Shown: piece by piece, positions 49,751 to 59,692 of the stretch | How the letters are laid out: each line of letters begins with the position of its first letter | Numbering within the stretch: position 1 is the stretch's first letter | NCBI GenBank assembly: GCA_963666345.1 | Contig: OY762721.1 | Location: 1,184,001-1,248,000, forward strand | From: Desulfatiglandales bacterium | GTDB taxonomy: Bacteria > Desulfobacterota > DSM-4660 > Desulfatiglandales > Desulfatiglandaceae | Direction: 5' to 3' | Length of the DNA: 64,000 nucleotides | Notes under the pieces: model-generated | The model's database searches: none | Seen by the model: the letters and a program-made list of their open reading frames with translations, nothing else | What the model was told of the DNA's origin: nothing | Translations under genes and position numbers: made by a program

Positions 49751-51718
49751 ATGCCGGAAACTCCTGCTTTCTATGACGCGCACCTTGATGAGTATAGAAG
49801 GATCGCCTACGTAAAAGGGCAAGATGAATATGAAAGGCTGTACAAAGAATCCATCGAAGATCCTGAAACTTTCTGGGCCGCAGAGGCGAAAAAGTATCTC
49901 AGTTGGGAGAAGAATTGGGACATGGTTCTTGAATACGATCCTGATGAAGCCAGAATCGAATGGTTCAAAGGAGGAGCTTTGAATGCCTCCTATAACTGCC
50001 TTGATCGTCACCTGGATAAATTAAGGGACAAAATCGCATATTACTGGGAAGGAGACGACCCTGCCGACAGAAAGATCATCACCTATGGCGACTTATACAA
50101 GCAGGTCAACAAGATGGCCGCCCTCCTTAAATCAAGGGGCATAGGTAAAGGGGACAGGGTGGTCATGTACATGCCCATGATAACGGAGCTGCCGGTGGCC
50201 ATGCTTGCCTGCTCCAGGATCGGAGCGATCCACAGCGTCGTATTTGCCGGGTTCAGCGCCGAGGCCCTTACCAACCGCATCAGGAACTGCGGGGCAAAGA
50301 TGCTCATCACAGTGGACGGGGGCTTTAGGGCAGGGAAAACGATTCCTCTGAAAGTAACCGTGGACGAGGCCCTCCGCAACTGCCCTGATATTGAAACGGT
50401 TATCCTTGTGGACAGGGCGGGACTTAAGCCCGAGCTTAAAAAAGACCTTGAGATCTGGTGGCACGAAGCTATTGAAGATCCACAACTGCCCGATTATGTG
50501 GAACCTGAGCCGATGGATGCGGAGGACCCGCTTTTCATACTATACACCAGCGGAAGCACCGGGACCCCAAAGGGAGTGGTTCACACCCATGGCGGATATC
50601 TTCTTTACGCCGCCATGACGACACGGATCGTATTTGATCTCAAGGATGACGAGGTCTTCTGGTGCACCGCTGATATAGGATGGGTTACCGGGCACAGCTA
50701 CGCGGTCTACGGACCCCTTACGAACGGACTCACAGGAGTAATTTTTGAGGGAGTTCCGACATACCCGGGCTTTGACCGTTACTGGGACATAGTGTCCAGG
50801 TACAAGGTCGCCAAATTCTACACCGCCCCCACGGTTATACGCTCACTGGCAAAGGAAGGAAGCGAACATGTCAAAAAGCATGACATCTCATCACTCAAAC
50901 TGCTGGGCTCGGTGGGAGAACCTATTAATCCGGAGGCCTGGAGATGGTACTATCACCATGTGGGCAGGGACCGGTGCCCGATTATGGATACATGGTGGCA
51001 GACTGAAACCGGGGGCCACATGTTGACCCCCCTTCCCGGGGTATCGCCCATAAAACCGGGCTCCTGCTCCATGCCTTTTTTCGGCGTGGACCCGGTTATT
51101 CTGGATGATACGGGTCAGGAAACCAGGTTCCCGGACCAGGAAGGGGTTCTGTGCATAAGAAAACCGTGGCCCGGCATAGCACGCACGCTCTACGGTGATC
51201 ATGAGCGGTTCATTGATACCTATTTCAGCCAGGTACCGGGCATGTATTTTTCAGGTGACGGTGCGAAAAAAGATGAGGACGGCTACTTCTGGATAATCGG
51301 AAGAATAGATGACGTGATAAACGTATCGGGTCACCGCCTCGGAACCGCCGAGGTTGAATCCGCCCTGGTACTGCACAACCTTGTGGCCGAGGCGGCCGTG
51401 GTGGGGTTTCCGCATCAGGTAAAAGGCCAGGGAATTTACGCCTTTGTAACGCTCAATTCGGGCGTAACCGAATCGGACGAATTGAAAAAGGAGCTGGTCG
51501 CCCTGGTGCGCAGGGAAATCGGTCCGATTGCAACGATTGATATAATTCAGTGGGCCGACTCTCTTCCCAAGACGAGAAGCGGAAAGATAATGAGACGAAT
51601 CCTTCAAAAGATCGCCGCAGGGAAGGTGGATGAGCTGGGAGACGTATCTACGATTGCCGACCCCTCTGTGGTGGAAACCTTGATGCGGGAGCACCTCGCT
51701 TTAATAGGACAAACCTGA
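49751..51718 (+). CDS. acs: Acetyl-CoA synthetase (AMP-forming)
   Basis: LNASYNCLDRH, YTSGSTGTPKGV, CTADIGWVTGH, GSVGEPINPEAW, DTWWQTETGG, PKTRSGKIMRR. AAGGAGG RBS. Confidence 0.96.
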   Translation: MPETPAFYDAHLDEYRRIAYVKGQDEYERLYKESIEDPETFWAAEAKKYLSWEKNWDMVLEYDPDEARIEWFKGGALNASYNCLDRHLDKLRDKIAYYWEGDDPADRKIITYGDLYKQVNKMAALLKSRGIGKGDRVVMYMPMITELPVAMLACSRIGAIHSVVFAGFSAEALTNRIRNCGAKMLITVDGGFRAGKTIPLKVTVDEALRNCPDIETVILVDRAGLKPELKKDLEIWWHEAIEDPQLPDYVEPEPMDAEDPLFILYTSGSTGTPKGVVHTHGGYLLYAAMTTRIVFDLKDDEVFWCTADIGWVTGHSYAVYGPLTNGLTGVIFEGVPTYPGFDRYWDIVSRYKVAKFYTAPTVIRSLAKEGSEHVKKHDISSLKLLGSVGEPINPEAWRWYYHHVGRDRCPIMDTWWQTETGGHMLTPLPGVSPIKPGSCSMPFFGVDPVILDDTGQETRFPDQEGVLCIRKPWPGIARTLYGDHERFIDTYFSQVPGMYFSGDGAKKDEDGYFWIIGRIDDVINVSGHRLGTAEVESALVLHNLVAEAAVVGFPHQVKGQGIYAFVTLNSGVTESDELKKELVALVRREIGPIATIDIIQWADSLPKTRSGKIMRRILQKIAAGKVDELGDVSTIADPSVVETLMREHLALIGQT

Positions 51719-51737
51719 GACGCGAGTCAAACCAACG

Positions 51738-51760
51738 CCCCGTATTCATAACGGGGTTTT
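51738..51760 (+). terminator. Intrinsic terminator/attenuator after acs
   Basis: CCCCGT-ATTCATA-ACGGGG followed by TTTT. Confidence 0.6.
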
Positions 51761-51790
51761 AATCCACGAATTCTTTCAGCCTGACGGACC

Positions 51791-52267
51791 ATGATCTATA
51801 CCGATAAAAAGGGGTTACCTTTTGAGGTGAAGGGTTTCAGTCCTGAGGATCTTAACCGGCTCATGGAAATGTACAGCTGTTTTTCTCCCAAAGGCTCTTT
51901 TCAGGGGATGCCGCCCTGCGATGGGGACGCCTGTTGCCGGTGGGTTGAGGCCCTGATAGAGAGAGGAGAGAACCTTATAGCCGTTCAGGATGAAAAGGTG
52001 ACAGGCCACGCCGTGCTTCTGCCAGACGGCAGACTGGAAGACGCGGAATTCCTGATATTTGTGAGCAGGGCCAAAAGGGGCAGAGGCATGGGCAGCCGGC
52101 TCACCGGCGGGGCGCTTAAGCTGGCAAGGAAACTTGAGATAAAAAAGATCTGGCTCACCGTGGATGCCTACAACTTCAGGGCGACAGGGCTTTACAGGAA
52201 GTATGATTTCAAGTTTTCAGAACAATGCGGATCCATGACTGAAAGACTCATGACACTCATACTTTAA
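51791..52267 (+). CDS. GNAT-family N-acetyltransferase
   Basis: FQGMPP, GHAVL, EFLIFV....RGRGMG, N.RA..LYRK. Confidence 0.88.
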   Translation: MIYTDKKGLPFEVKGFSPEDLNRLMEMYSCFSPKGSFQGMPPCDGDACCRWVEALIERGENLIAVQDEKVTGHAVLLPDGRLEDAEFLIFVSRAKRGRGMGSRLTGGALKLARKLEIKKIWLTVDAYNFRATGLYRKYDFKFSEQCGSMTERLMTLIL

Positions 52268-52315
52268 GACAGGGGACCTTCTCCCGCCGGCTAAACGGGA
52301 AATGAATCAAAGACG

Positions 52316-53353
52316 ATGAAGACGGAAAACAGAATAGGAGTCATAAGGGATGCCAGGTATCTGGAACATATGCCGGGGCATATGCATCCCGAACACCCTA
52401 ACCGCATTAAGTCCATTTACAGGATGCTCGATACCGACTTCAGCGACAGGGTCGTTAACATAACCGCTGATGCCGCGACCCTCGAGGATCTTGAGATGGT
52501 TCATACTCCCTCTTACATAAAAAAGGTAATGAAGACCGCGGAGCAAAATTTCACCAGTCTGGCACCCGATACCCCTGCAAGCAGGGGGACCTATCTGGCC
52601 GCATGGCTTGCAGTAGGGGGCTGTCTCAAGGGTCTTGACAAACTGCTTAAAGGAGAATTTCCCTACTGCTTCGCCCTTGTGCGACCGCCCGGGCACCATG
52701 CCCTGCCTGACCGGGCCGGAGGCTTCTGCATCTTCAACAATATCGGCGTTACGGCCCTTCATGCGTTGAAACGCCTGAAAAGAATTCTTATAATCGACTG
52801 GGACATCCATCATGGAAACGGCATTAATCAGCTGTTTTACAAGGATAACCGGGTGCTCTATTTCTCCACCCATGACATGCTTCTATATCCATACACCGGG
52901 GACTGGGATAAAACCGGAACCGGGGATGGAGCGGGATACAGCATCAACATACCCATACCCAGGGATCTTACGGACGCCGATTTCCTGTACCTGTACAGCA
53001 GTATCCTGGGGCCTGTCTATTCCCGCTTCAGGCCTCAACTCGTCCTTGTTGCAGCAGGATTTGATTCAATCAGAAACGACCCTATCGGCAGGTCCCGACT
53101 CACACCCGGGGTCTTCAGAGATCTAACCGGGGTTTTAATGGGCATGGGTGAAGGCGTGGGCTCCCCCCCTGTCCTTTTTGTGCTCGAAGGCGGCTATGAT
53201 CCAAGGATACTTTCAAGCGCGGTAAAGGAGGTCCTTCTTGCCCTTGACGGGGGGGCGGACAACGGAAGCGATATTCATGAAACAGGCAGGGCAAGGCAAC
53301 TGATCGAAAGGACGGAGGCCATCCACTCCCCCCATGGGGTGTGGATATCTTGA
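52316..53353 (+). CDS. Zn-dependent deacylase (histone deacetylase/AcuC family)
   Basis: HPEHPNR, RPPGHHA, GFCIFNN, DWDIHHGNG, GFD, LEGGY. Confidence 0.93.
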   Translation: MKTENRIGVIRDARYLEHMPGHMHPEHPNRIKSIYRMLDTDFSDRVVNITADAATLEDLEMVHTPSYIKKVMKTAEQNFTSLAPDTPASRGTYLAAWLAVGGCLKGLDKLLKGEFPYCFALVRPPGHHALPDRAGGFCIFNNIGVTALHALKRLKRILIIDWDIHHGNGINQLFYKDNRVLYFSTHDMLLYPYTGDWDKTGTGDGAGYSINIPIPRDLTDADFLYLYSSILGPVYSRFRPQLVLVAAGFDSIRNDPIGRSRLTPGVFRDLTGVLMGMGEGVGSPPVLFVLEGGYDPRILSSAVKEVLLALDGGADNGSDIHETGRARQLIERTEAIHSPHGVWIS

Positions 53354-53393
53354 GACCGAACCGATTTTATTATGCATGTTTTGCGGATGGGCT

Positions 53394-55115
53394 ATGATAA
53401 AGGCAAGGATAAAGGCTGAAAATTCAAAGGCCAATATAGGTTCATACAAAGAGACATACCGGTCATTTTCATGGGATGATATCTACAAGGAATTCACCTG
53501 GCATGAGACCGGACTTGTCAATATCGCCTACGAGGCAGTGGACCGCTGGGCCGAAGATCCTGAAAAGGCGGACAAGGAGGCACTTGTCTTTGAAAAGGGA
53601 TCCGAGAGGGTGGCATTCACCTATTCGGAGCTTAAGGAACAATCGGCCGTATGGGCAGGTCTGCTTTGCGATAAGGGGTTCAAGCAAGGTGACAGGCTGC
53701 TCATCTTTCTGGTGCCCTGCCCTGAAATCTATCTGGCGATTCTCGCCTGCGCCAGGCTGGGTGTAATATTTTGTCCCCTTTATTCAAGCATGGGCTTTGA
53801 CGAACTGGAGGACCGGATATCCAATGCCGACCCGCTCGGCATACTTACTCAACCGGATCTGGCTGAAAACCTCCCGACAGAGGTCATGGGTAACGTCAGA
53901 CATACCTTATACACGCAGGGACCTCTTCCGGGGCTGTTTAACGGGGAGGACCTGGTCTCAGACGGCCTGCGGCAGGTAAGAGGCGGAGGTGATATCAAAT
54001 GGCTTTCTCTTGACTCCCCGCTCTATCTCATCCACACCTCGGGATCCACAGGACCGCCCAAGGGAGTCCTTCACTGTCACGGTGATATGTCAAGTCATCT
54101 TATCTCCGCACGCTATGCCCTTGACGTCACTCAGGATACCGTGCTATGGACCGACGGCAACCCTGCCTGGATAACAGGGACCGTCTACAGCACCTTCGCC
54201 CCCTGGCTCTGCTGCGCGACCTCGGTGGTTCAGGGAGCACCTTTTACGGCATCCAACTGGTACAGGACACTTGAAACCAGCAGGGTAACCGTATGGTACA
54301 CGACCCCGATGACGGTCGGAAAATTGATGGAAGCGGGTGAAGACCTCCCAACCAGGTATGACTGCTCCAATCTGAAACATATAGCCACCGTAGGCGAGGC
54401 CCTGGTGCCGGAGCTTTTCTACTGGTTGAAAAAGAATCTCAAACACTCGCCCCACGACACCTGGTGGATGAGTGAATCCGGAAGCATCTGCATCTCCAAC
54501 TTTCCCTCAATGGACATCAAACCAGGATCCATGGGCAGGCCCCTGCCGGGGATAGAAGCGGACATAGTAGATGAGGAAGGCAACAGGCTTCCCCTCCTGA
54601 CCATGGGCCAGCTGGCACTAAAGACCCCCTGGCCTTCGCTTATGAAGACGATATGGCGGGAGGACCTGAGGTACCAGGCCTATTTCACAAAAACAGGCTG
54701 GTTTCTGACCGGAGACATGGCACTCAAGGATGAACAGGGCTATTTCTACCACCAGGGAAGGATGGACGACCTGATAAAGGTTGGAGACAAGCTTCTAGGT
54801 CCCTATGAGATCGAGCACATCCTCTGCCAGCACCCTTCGGTTCTGGAGGCGGCCGTTATATCCAAAAGCGCCGAACAATCGTCTCCCCACCTGAAGGCGT
54901 TTATAACCCTTCAAAGAGGAAACGTGCCTTCGAGCAGAATGAGCCAGGAAATAAAGGCCTTTGTAAAGGCAAATCTATCACCTGACACACCCCTTAAAGA
55001 GGTCGAGTTTTGTGAAAGGCTTCCCAAGACCAACGCGGGAAAACTTCTGCGAAGGGTACTCAGGGCCAGAGAGCTCGGCCTGCCCGGTGGCGATCCCACT
55101 CTTATGAAAGGCTGA
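53394..55115 (+). CDS. Second acyl-CoA synthetase (Bacillus AcsA-like, divergent)
   Basis: NIAYEAVDR, HTSGSTGPPKGV, VGEAL, DTWW.SE.G, GSMG.PLPG, GR.DDLIK, PKTNAGK.LRR. Confidence 0.85.
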   Translation: MIKARIKAENSKANIGSYKETYRSFSWDDIYKEFTWHETGLVNIAYEAVDRWAEDPEKADKEALVFEKGSERVAFTYSELKEQSAVWAGLLCDKGFKQGDRLLIFLVPCPEIYLAILACARLGVIFCPLYSSMGFDELEDRISNADPLGILTQPDLAENLPTEVMGNVRHTLYTQGPLPGLFNGEDLVSDGLRQVRGGGDIKWLSLDSPLYLIHTSGSTGPPKGVLHCHGDMSSHLISARYALDVTQDTVLWTDGNPAWITGTVYSTFAPWLCCATSVVQGAPFTASNWYRTLETSRVTVWYTTPMTVGKLMEAGEDLPTRYDCSNLKHIATVGEALVPELFYWLKKNLKHSPHDTWWMSESGSICISNFPSMDIKPGSMGRPLPGIEADIVDEEGNRLPLLTMGQLALKTPWPSLMKTIWREDLRYQAYFTKTGWFLTGDMALKDEQGYFYHQGRMDDLIKVGDKLLGPYEIEHILCQHPSVLEAAVISKSAEQSSPHLKAFITLQRGNVPSSRMSQEIKAFVKANLSPDTPLKEVEFCERLPKTNAGKLLRRVLRARELGLPGGDPTLMKG

Positions 55116-55188
55116 AAGGATCCTCCGTTTTTCAGACCCTTCAATCCCTCCTGCCCCAGCAAGTCTTTGCCTTTTTTTTATTAATCAG

Positions 55189-55348
55189 GTAGTCCCCATC
55201 CGGAAATGGATCATTCCCGGATGTTGCTTTCAGCAGTCAGCTGTCAGTAAGTAGCCAGCAAGTTGATATTCCAAATGTTTTACTGACAGCTGAGAGCTGA
55301 TTGCTGATAGCGTGAGTCCATAAATCTTGATTTATGGATGAACACCAG
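55189..55348. mobile_element. Copy 2 (more complete) of the heptamer-array MITE-like element
   Basis: Left end GTAGTCCCCATCCGGAAAT, right end ATTTATGGATGAACACCAG; inverted heptamer arrays (GCTGTCA-like / CTGA.AG-like); aligns with 8218-8330. Confidence 0.75.
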
Positions 55349-55428
55349 GTAAAATTTTTCAGTCGTGGAAATACCTTCTGAAAGGCATTTTATTCAAAAA
55401 AACCGGTATCCGGAAAAGGAGGAGTAAA

Positions 55429-55713
55429 ATGGCCAAAATCCTGATAAGAAGGAAAATCCCTCCGGACGCAGAGGGCGCTGTTATGGATCTCCTGAACGGA
55501 ATGAGATCCCTTGCGGTCGTGCAGCCGGGATACGTGCACGGTGAGACCCTTAAAAGGGTCGACCAGGCCGGAGAGATCCTGGTGATAAGCACCTGGCGCT
55601 CCATAAACGACTGGGATGATTGGATCAACAACCCCCAAAGGCTTGAAATACAGGAAAAGGTGGATTTTCTTCTCGGAGAAAAAACCGAATACGAAATCTA
55701 TGATTATCGCTGA
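55429..55713 (+). CDS. Antibiotic biosynthesis monooxygenase (ABM)-fold protein
   Basis: QPGYV.GETL, LVISTW.S...W..W. AGGAGG RBS. Confidence 0.85.
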   Translation: MAKILIRRKIPPDAEGAVMDLLNGMRSLAVVQPGYVHGETLKRVDQAGEILVISTWRSINDWDDWINNPQRLEIQEKVDFLLGEKTEYEIYDYR

Positions 55714-55849
55714 ATCCGATTTGGAGCGTTATTGCAAAAGCCGTTTTCATGCCGGGTCATCCGACTGAAGAGGTTCGACGCAGATCTGTTCCAGGGACTC
55801 GTTTGCTTGACGAAAGCAGGTATCTTTTCATAAGGCGGAGGAATCTGAT

Positions 55850-57727
55850 TTGGGCTTGAAGCACAAGCTGGTAACCCCTGACAAAATCATGACTAAAATC
55901 AAACCGGGGATGAGTATCTTTCTCAGCACAGGCGTAGCTGAACCCCGCACCCTGCTCAAAAGTCTCAAGGCATCCGAGTCACGAAACCTGCAGGATCTTG
56001 AATTGATTCAGCTTGTAAGCCTTGGAAGCGCACTTTCCTTTGAGGAACGCTATTCCAATAAATTCCGGTTAAAGACATTCTTTTCCGGCTGGATCGCCAG
56101 TGAAGCCATACTTGCCGGAAAGGTGGATTTCATTCCTGCCAGGTTTTCAAAGATCCCTCAGCTCATAGAGTCAGGGTCAATAAGGATCGACGTCGCCTTC
56201 ATTCAGATCACCCCTCCGAATGAAAACGGTTATTCAAGCCTGGGACTTGCCGTGGATGTGGCAAGAAAGGCAATGGAAAAGGCATCTATCGTGGTAGGGG
56301 AGATAAATAAGGATGTCCCCATGACTTTGGGGGACACCTTTGTCCACATGGATGAGTTTCACTATCTGGTCGAGGGCGAGGAACCGCCTCTATATTTTCC
56401 CCGATTTCATGTGGATGAGACATTTGACAGGATTGGTGCCAATGTCGCATCCCTGATCGAGGACGGAAGCTGCATCGCCTTTTCCGTGGGGATGCTCTTT
56501 GAGGCCCTTGCCCGGCACCTTGCAAGAAAAAAGGACCTCGGCATTCACACCCCGCTTTTCACAGACCCATTGATGGACCTGATGAAAAGCGGCGTCGTAA
56601 CGAACAGGAAAAAGGGGTCATTCAGGGGCAAAAGCGTGGCAGCCTACGCAGTAGGCACAAAAGAACTCATGAGATGGCTCCACAACAACCCTCTGGTGGA
56701 ATTTCAGGGCATTGACATCGTAGCCGATCCAAAGCGGATAGGCTTAAACGACCGTTTCATCATGGTCCTTCCGGCAAGAAAACTGGACCTCACAGGGGGC
56801 ATCGCCCTGCACAGCGGAAAGGGCAATGTGGTTGCCGGGCCTAGTGAGGCCCAGGAATTCTTCACAGGTGTAAACTTTTCCAAAAAGGGGCATGTAATAT
56901 TTGCGCTTCCCAGCCGAAACCTGAACGGCGAATCCAACATACTCCTTTCTGTCGAGGACTACCCAAATCAGCTCTACATACCCGAATCCCTTGACCTCGT
57001 GGTAACCGAATACGGAACCGCCTCTCTGACCGGGCGGACAATGAGAGAAAGGGCGCTTGCCCTCATAGATATCGCCCACCCCGATGACAGAGAAAAACTT
57101 GTGCGCCTTGCCAAGGAAAATAATATCGTCTTCCGCCATCAGAGCTACCTTGCCGATTCAGGCCGCATGTACCCTGCTGAGCTTTCCTGCACAAAGACAT
57201 TCAAAGACGGCCTCACAATAAGGTTCAGGGCCATAAAACCTTCCGATGTCGAGGAAATGCGAAGACTCTTTTACAGGTTTTCAGACAAGGCGGTATATTA
57301 CAGATATTTTTCACCCATCAAGACGATGCCCCATGCCAAGATGCAGGAGTATGTAAACATCGATTACAATCAAAGCATGTCCATGGTGGGCCTTGCAGGT
57401 GAGATGGATGAGGAACGAATAATTGCGGAGGCAAGATACGTTCGCTTCACAGACAGGCCGAAGGCCGATGTGGCATTCGTAGTAGATGAGCAGTATCAGG
57501 GAAAAGGCATAGCCTCCTTTATGTTCGATATGCTTATGGGGATTTCACGGGAACGTGGAATCAAAGGTTTTGAAGCGGATGTACTGGCGAACAACACGGC
57601 AATGATAAAGGTATTCGAAAAATCTCCTTACCCCGTAAAATCTGTTTTGGACAGTGGGATATATGAGATATCAATCCCTTTTTCAGACGAGGTATCTGAT
57701 AGCACCGGACTCCTGGTAAGGGAGTGA
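55850..57727 (+). CDS. Acetyl-CoA hydrolase/CoA-transferase-like domain fused to C-terminal GNAT (copy 2)
   Basis: SLGLAVD, VP.TLGDTFVH, LGIHTP, TEYGTA.L.G.T.RERA..LIDIAHPDDR; GNAT YYRYF..., VAFVVDEQYQGKGIA, N..MI.VF. TTG start with GGAGG. Confidence 0.85.
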   Translation: MGLKHKLVTPDKIMTKIKPGMSIFLSTGVAEPRTLLKSLKASESRNLQDLELIQLVSLGSALSFEERYSNKFRLKTFFSGWIASEAILAGKVDFIPARFSKIPQLIESGSIRIDVAFIQITPPNENGYSSLGLAVDVARKAMEKASIVVGEINKDVPMTLGDTFVHMDEFHYLVEGEEPPLYFPRFHVDETFDRIGANVASLIEDGSCIAFSVGMLFEALARHLARKKDLGIHTPLFTDPLMDLMKSGVVTNRKKGSFRGKSVAAYAVGTKELMRWLHNNPLVEFQGIDIVADPKRIGLNDRFIMVLPARKLDLTGGIALHSGKGNVVAGPSEAQEFFTGVNFSKKGHVIFALPSRNLNGESNILLSVEDYPNQLYIPESLDLVVTEYGTASLTGRTMRERALALIDIAHPDDREKLVRLAKENNIVFRHQSYLADSGRMYPAELSCTKTFKDGLTIRFRAIKPSDVEEMRRLFYRFSDKAVYYRYFSPIKTMPHAKMQEYVNIDYNQSMSMVGLAGEMDEERIIAEARYVRFTDRPKADVAFVVDEQYQGKGIASFMFDMLMGISRERGIKGFEADVLANNTAMIKVFEKSPYPVKSVLDSGIYEISIPFSDEVSDSTGLLVRE

Positions 57728-57731
57728 AGCT

Positions 57732-58538
57732 ATGTGTCTGATCCTGATAGCGGTCGAAACCAGACCGGAGCTGCCCCTTTTCGTGGCTGCGAATCGAGAC
57801 GAATATTATAAAAGGCCCGCTGAAAAGGCGGGCTTCTGGAAAGACTCCCCTCAAATCCTTGGCGGGAAAGATATGAAAGCTGGGGGCAGTTGGCTCGGGA
57901 TTACGAGAGATGGAAGGATAGCGGCAGTAACAAATTTCCGCGACCCCTCATCAAAAATCACGAATTCCCCGTCCAGGGGGATGCTGGTAAGGGACTTTCT
58001 TCTTGGTAAAGATGAACCGGAAGATTATCTCTCCGGACTGGAAGAGAGGGCGGATGAATTCAACGGTTATAATATCGTTGTAGGCGTAAGACAGAGGCTT
58101 TTCTGGTATTCAAACAGGGGAGGGCCGAAAAGGTTTCTCGGTCCGGGCATCTACGGCATAAGCAACCACCTGATCGACACACCATGGCCCAAGGTGGAAA
58201 AGCTGAAACAGGCCTTTTCCCGGCTGCTTTCAAAAGGGGCTCCGATCGAAAAGGAAGTGGTCTTTGATCTCCTCCACGACCGTTCGACAGCTGAAGACAG
58301 CCTCCTTCCCGACACAGGCGTGGAACTTGAATGGGAGAGGGCTCTCTCAGCCGTCTTTATTGAAAGCCCTGACTATGGAACCCGCTCCTCCACTTTTCTG
58401 ACGCTTGATGCGGCAGACAACCTGGAATTTACGGAACGCAGCTATAACCCCAGGGGTAGAAACGGCCCTGATTCCCATTTTGAACTGGCCCTTAGTCAGC
58501 CTGGCGAAACGCCGGAGGAACCCAGACAATTTTCCTGA
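57732..58538 (+). CDS. NRDE/TANGO2 (DUF833) family protein
   Basis: MCLI, ANRDE, GGSWLG, SRG.LV, SN..DTPWPK, YGTRSST. Confidence 0.93.
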   Translation: MCLILIAVETRPELPLFVAANRDEYYKRPAEKAGFWKDSPQILGGKDMKAGGSWLGITRDGRIAAVTNFRDPSSKITNSPSRGMLVRDFLLGKDEPEDYLSGLEERADEFNGYNIVVGVRQRLFWYSNRGGPKRFLGPGIYGISNHLIDTPWPKVEKLKQAFSRLLSKGAPIEKEVVFDLLHDRSTAEDSLLPDTGVELEWERALSAVFIESPDYGTRSSTFLTLDAADNLEFTERSYNPRGRNGPDSHFELALSQPGETPEEPRQFS

Positions 58539-58945
58539 TATTCCCTGAGTCCCTTCTTGAGCCAGTCAGGTATCGCCTTTTTGCTGAAACTGTCAAGATC
58601 TATGCACACGGTCACATTGTGACCCTCAACTACGAGGGTTTCAGTATCTCTCAAGGCAAATATTCTGTAGCCCCAGGTAATCGAAGTATTTCCTATCTTA
58701 GGGACCCGCACCTCCACTCCCAGTCTGTCTCCATACCGAAGCGGCCTGTGGAAATCGGTTTCAAGATGTACCGTCGGGAAACCGGTCCGATGTTCAGTGA
58801 TAACCTTTGAATAGTCTATGCCAAGCTGATCTGCGAAAAATTCCTCGAGCGCGACATGGAAATAATGAAGCATGCGTGGGTAATAGGTTATACCAGCATT
58901 GTCGATGTCGCTGAAACACACCTTCAGATTCGCACGAAATACCAT
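58496..58945 (-). CDS. Hot-dog-fold acyl-CoA thioesterase (4HBT-like)
   Basis: FSDIDNAGI.YYP, PLRYGD, G.TS, IPDW; converges on NRDE with a 43-bp overlap. Confidence 0.88.
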   Translation of the reverse strand: MVFRANLKVCFSDIDNAGITYYPRMLHYFHVALEEFFADQLGIDYSKVITEHRTGFPTVHLETDFHRPLRYGDRLGVEVRVPKIGNTSITWGYRIFALRDTETLVVEGHNVTVCIDLDSFSKKAIPDWLKKGLREYQENCLGSSGVSPG

Positions 58946-59305
58946 CCTTTTCTCCTTGATTTATGGTAAACCGGAAGTCACTTCACACTTATCTTGCCTG
59001 AATCATATCAGATCCCGATTATATTTGACCTCCCTTTAAATGAGCATATTAAATGCATTTTCAACAAAATTCACCAAAAGAGATAGAAAAGAGCAGGAAT
59101 AAATGCATATTTTTCTATCACCTAATCTGATTATATGCTATATATTTAGTATGTCATGCAAATGTTTAACTCCTGTTCACGCAAAAAAAGCTGCAAGAGA
59201 TGAGGGCTTATATCTGGGCGGGAGTCTTTAATGCAGACATGAGATTTTTTCAAGGTCAAGGTCTCGGGAAAATCGTGTTGAAAATACCAAGGGAGGGTTT
59301 AAAGT

Positions 59306-59605
59306 ATGTCTCTTTCAAAAATGAGGACCGTGGCTCTAATAACTGCCTGCATCTTCGTTCTTACCAGCTTTGCCGTACCTGTGCTGGCAGGCACTGCGGA
59401 TGACAACGAGATTACAGGTACAACCATTGTGGGAGATGTGCTCTTTGCCAGGCCTTTGGGACTGTTGGCAACTGTCCTCGGCACTACTGTATTTATTCTC
59501 TCAATTCCCTTCAACCCGAACCAGGACAAACAGAAACTCGCAGTCGGGAAGCTGATTGAAGAACCTGCGGCATATACATTCAAGAGACCGCTGGGACAAT
59601 TTTGA
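59306..59605 (+). CDS. Small exported/membrane hypothetical protein
   Basis: Signal peptide, D...ARPLG...TV.GT..F..S.PF, EPA.YTF.RPLG pattern. GGGAGG RBS. Confidence 0.75.
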   Translation: MSLSKMRTVALITACIFVLTSFAVPVLAGTADDNEITGTTIVGDVLFARPLGLLATVLGTTVFILSIPFNPNQDKQKLAVGKLIEEPAAYTFKRPLGQF

Positions 59606-59692
59606 CGGCTTCGTAAAAAACCCGACCGTCCCGGCTTGGGCGGCAGGATTTCGTGATGTGCAGTCTGAATTTCGACTTTTTATGAATGCATC
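59604..59692. mobile_element. 89-bp MITE-like element with imperfect TIRs
   Basis: Left GACGGCTTCGTAAAAAACC versus reverse complement of right GATGCATTCATAAAAAGTC. Flanks AATTTT / GATTTT resemble a 6-bp duplication. Confidence 0.55.

Noticed and set aside
58496..58538. 43-bp convergent overlap of NRDE and thioesterase as a regulatory feature
   Set aside because: Short tail-to-tail overlaps of non-conserved C-termini are common; no further evidence.
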